A stretch of 64,000 bases of DNA, taken from positions 3,472,001 to 3,536,000 of the forward strand of contig NC_089430.1 in the NCBI RefSeq assembly GCF_026210795.1. The letters run 5' to 3'. The notes under the pieces were generated by a model, which ran no database searches, was not told the origin of the DNA, and saw only the letters and a program-made list of their open reading frames with translations. Positions 61,906 through 64,000 of this stretch are shown in pieces; position 1 is the first letter of the stretch; every line of letters starts with the position of its first letter. A program made the position numbers and the translations under genes. Source of the stretch: Rhizophagus irregularis (Eukaryota).

Positions 61906-64000
61906 ATGTCAACGATGTCAGTTGACAACGTTGTAAAGGTAAAATATATAAAGTATTTAAATAAATAATCATTAGAACTTTCATTGATCGGTTTTATTAT
62001 GTTATTATTCGCAAAGGTCGCAAACATTTCTCCTCTTGTAACTGAACCAGTATTGAAACAATTGTTTGAATTCTTGGGTGAAGTTACAACAATCAAATTG
62101 TACAACAGGTATTAATCATATCTAATTAACTGCAATATATTTCTGTTTATTATTAAAAAAAAAGAAAGAAATTTTTTTAACTTTAGTTAAAACTTGTTTA
62201 GTCCTCACGGTGACGGTGTACAAGAATGCACTATAGAATTCAAAGAAGCATCAGCAGCAGTAACGGCCCTTCACCTAACTGGTGTGGAATTAGGTGATCG
62301 CACATTGATGGTTTCATCAACTACAGCACCTGCCGGTATACATAATACTTCATATCAACCACCAGTTATACCTCCTTCATTACCCCCTATACCTCCATCA
62401 ATATCTCCTCCTAGACCACCACAAACTTCGAAAACTCCACAATCTATTCCTCCTAAACCTATTATTCCTCCTCTAGCTCTTCCTCCTTTTTCATCTAATT
62501 CTCTTGCAGCGATTAGGTCTAATCCGGCTATTTCACCAACTGTTGCTCAATTCGACCCTGCTAAAGCTGAAGAAATTTCTAGAACTGTATATATTGGTAA
62601 TATTAACTCTTCGATTTCTGAACCTGAATTGACTCAGTTTTTCTCTGCTTGTGGTCCGGTTGCGTATGTAAAGATGGCGGGCGATCCTGCTCAACCAACT
62701 CGGTTTGCATTTTTGGAATTTGCTACTTATGAAGGTGCACAAGCAGCCATGCAAATGAATGGGGTCATGCTTGGAGATCGTCCTTTAAAGTATGTTTATT
62801 TTCAAGTCAATAAAATATTGTGTCTATTCTTTTAGGGTTAAATGTTTTTTATCTTAGGGTGAACCATTCAAAAAATGCAATCAACAAGACACCAAAAAAG
62901 ACTGATGCTCCGGACGTGCAAGCAACTATGCGTCGTGTCAGGGAGGCTCAATTAAGAATTGCAAACCGATTAAATACTGATGGCACTACTCCCGACAATG
63001 AATCTCCTTCAGCATCTATTCAACAGGATGTAGAAATGCGAGATGCGACATCGCCCACTAAAGAAGTTATATCAGCTCGTAGCCGCTCTAGGTCTATCAG
63101 ACGTAGTAAAACTAGGTCAAGAACAAGAAGTAGAAGTAAAGCTAGAAGACGAAAAACAAGAAGTAGATCAAGGTCTAGAGGTACGTTTTCAATTATCCTA
63201 ATAATTTTTTAATTATTGTAGATAACAGCAACATTTATTAATGTAGATTTTTATTATCGACGACGAAGAAGTCGTTCTAGAGGTTTGACAAATTAATATT
63301 ATTTAAAACAATTATTTTTTTTTGGAATATTTTATTAATTCTTTTATTTAAGTAGGCGATCGATACAGAGAAAGAGATCGTGAAAGAGATAGAGAGAGAG
63401 AGCGCGATATTAGAGAAAGAGATAGAGAAAGGGAACGTGATAGGGAACGAGATCGAGATCGAGATAGGGATCGGGGTAGAGATCGTGATAGAGAACGCGA
63501 TTGGGATCGTGATCGTGATCGTGATCGAGACCGTGATCGGGATAGAATTAGAGATAGGGACAGGGATCGAGATAGGATTCTTGAAAGAGATCGTGATAGA
63601 GATCGTCGTGATAGAGACAGAGAAAGAGATAAAGAAAGAGACGCAAAAGAAAAAGATCGCGATAGGGAAAGAGAAAAGGAAAAAGAACGTGATAGGGAAA
63701 GAGAGAGTGAAAAGGATCGCGATAAGGAAAGAAAGGATCGTGATAAGGAAAGAAAAGATCGTGATAAGGAAATCAACAAGGAGAAAGACCGTGAAAAGGA
63801 GAACAGTAAAGATAAAGATGAAAATGAGAGAGAAAAGGACGGAGAGAGGGAAAAAGATAAAGAAAGAGATCGTGACAGAGATAAGGATCGAGATATAAAA
63901 GAAAAGGAACGGGATAAAGATAAAGATAGAGATAAAGAGCGGGATAGAGACAGGGATAAAGAAAGAGAAAAAGAAAGAGAGAGAGAGAGGGATAGAGAAA
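61906..64000 (+). CDS. SR-related splicing factor (SRSF11/SREK1-like): two RRMs, Pro-rich linker, RS and RD/RE/KE tail; runs off the window
   Basis: [56 protein letters not shown] and an RS domain, across GT-AG introns. Confidence 0.88.

Noticed and set aside
63348..63898. SL/SR-repeat antisense ORF and IE/IG-rich ORF
   Set aside because: These are shadow frames of the RD/RE repeat exon of the SR protein.

Overview
AT-rich eukaryotic DNA with short GT-AG introns, most consistent with an arbuscular mycorrhizal fungus (Glomeromycotina, Rhizophagus-like; inferred from composition and gene style). Bases 1-20541 look like the right part of one large, partly decayed integrated element. It carries a retroelement-type Gag (capsid-like region plus CCHC knuckle), a retropepsin-like protease in the -1 frame, an HTH gene, a coiled-coil protein with a C-terminal transmembrane helix, a poxvirus-A32/Polinton-type packaging ATPase, a Polinton-type integrase and a giant-virus-type zinc-ribbon nuclease. 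No reverse transcriptase, PolB or jelly-roll capsid is visible, and the block ends in an AGTAG-type, self-complementary terminus. Bases 20.5-57 kb are a nested transposon field: a MULE with tRNA-like TIRs, an apparently intact pogo/Tigger element, a P-element-like transposon with a non-autonomous partner, a Sola-like TTAA element, hAT MITEs and LINE fragments, surrounding an Aurora kinase gene. The last 6 kb hold housekeeping genes: sphingolipid C9-methyltransferase, proteasome beta-4 and an SRSF11/SREK1-like SR protein. All family assignments come from motif recognition by eye; no searches were run.
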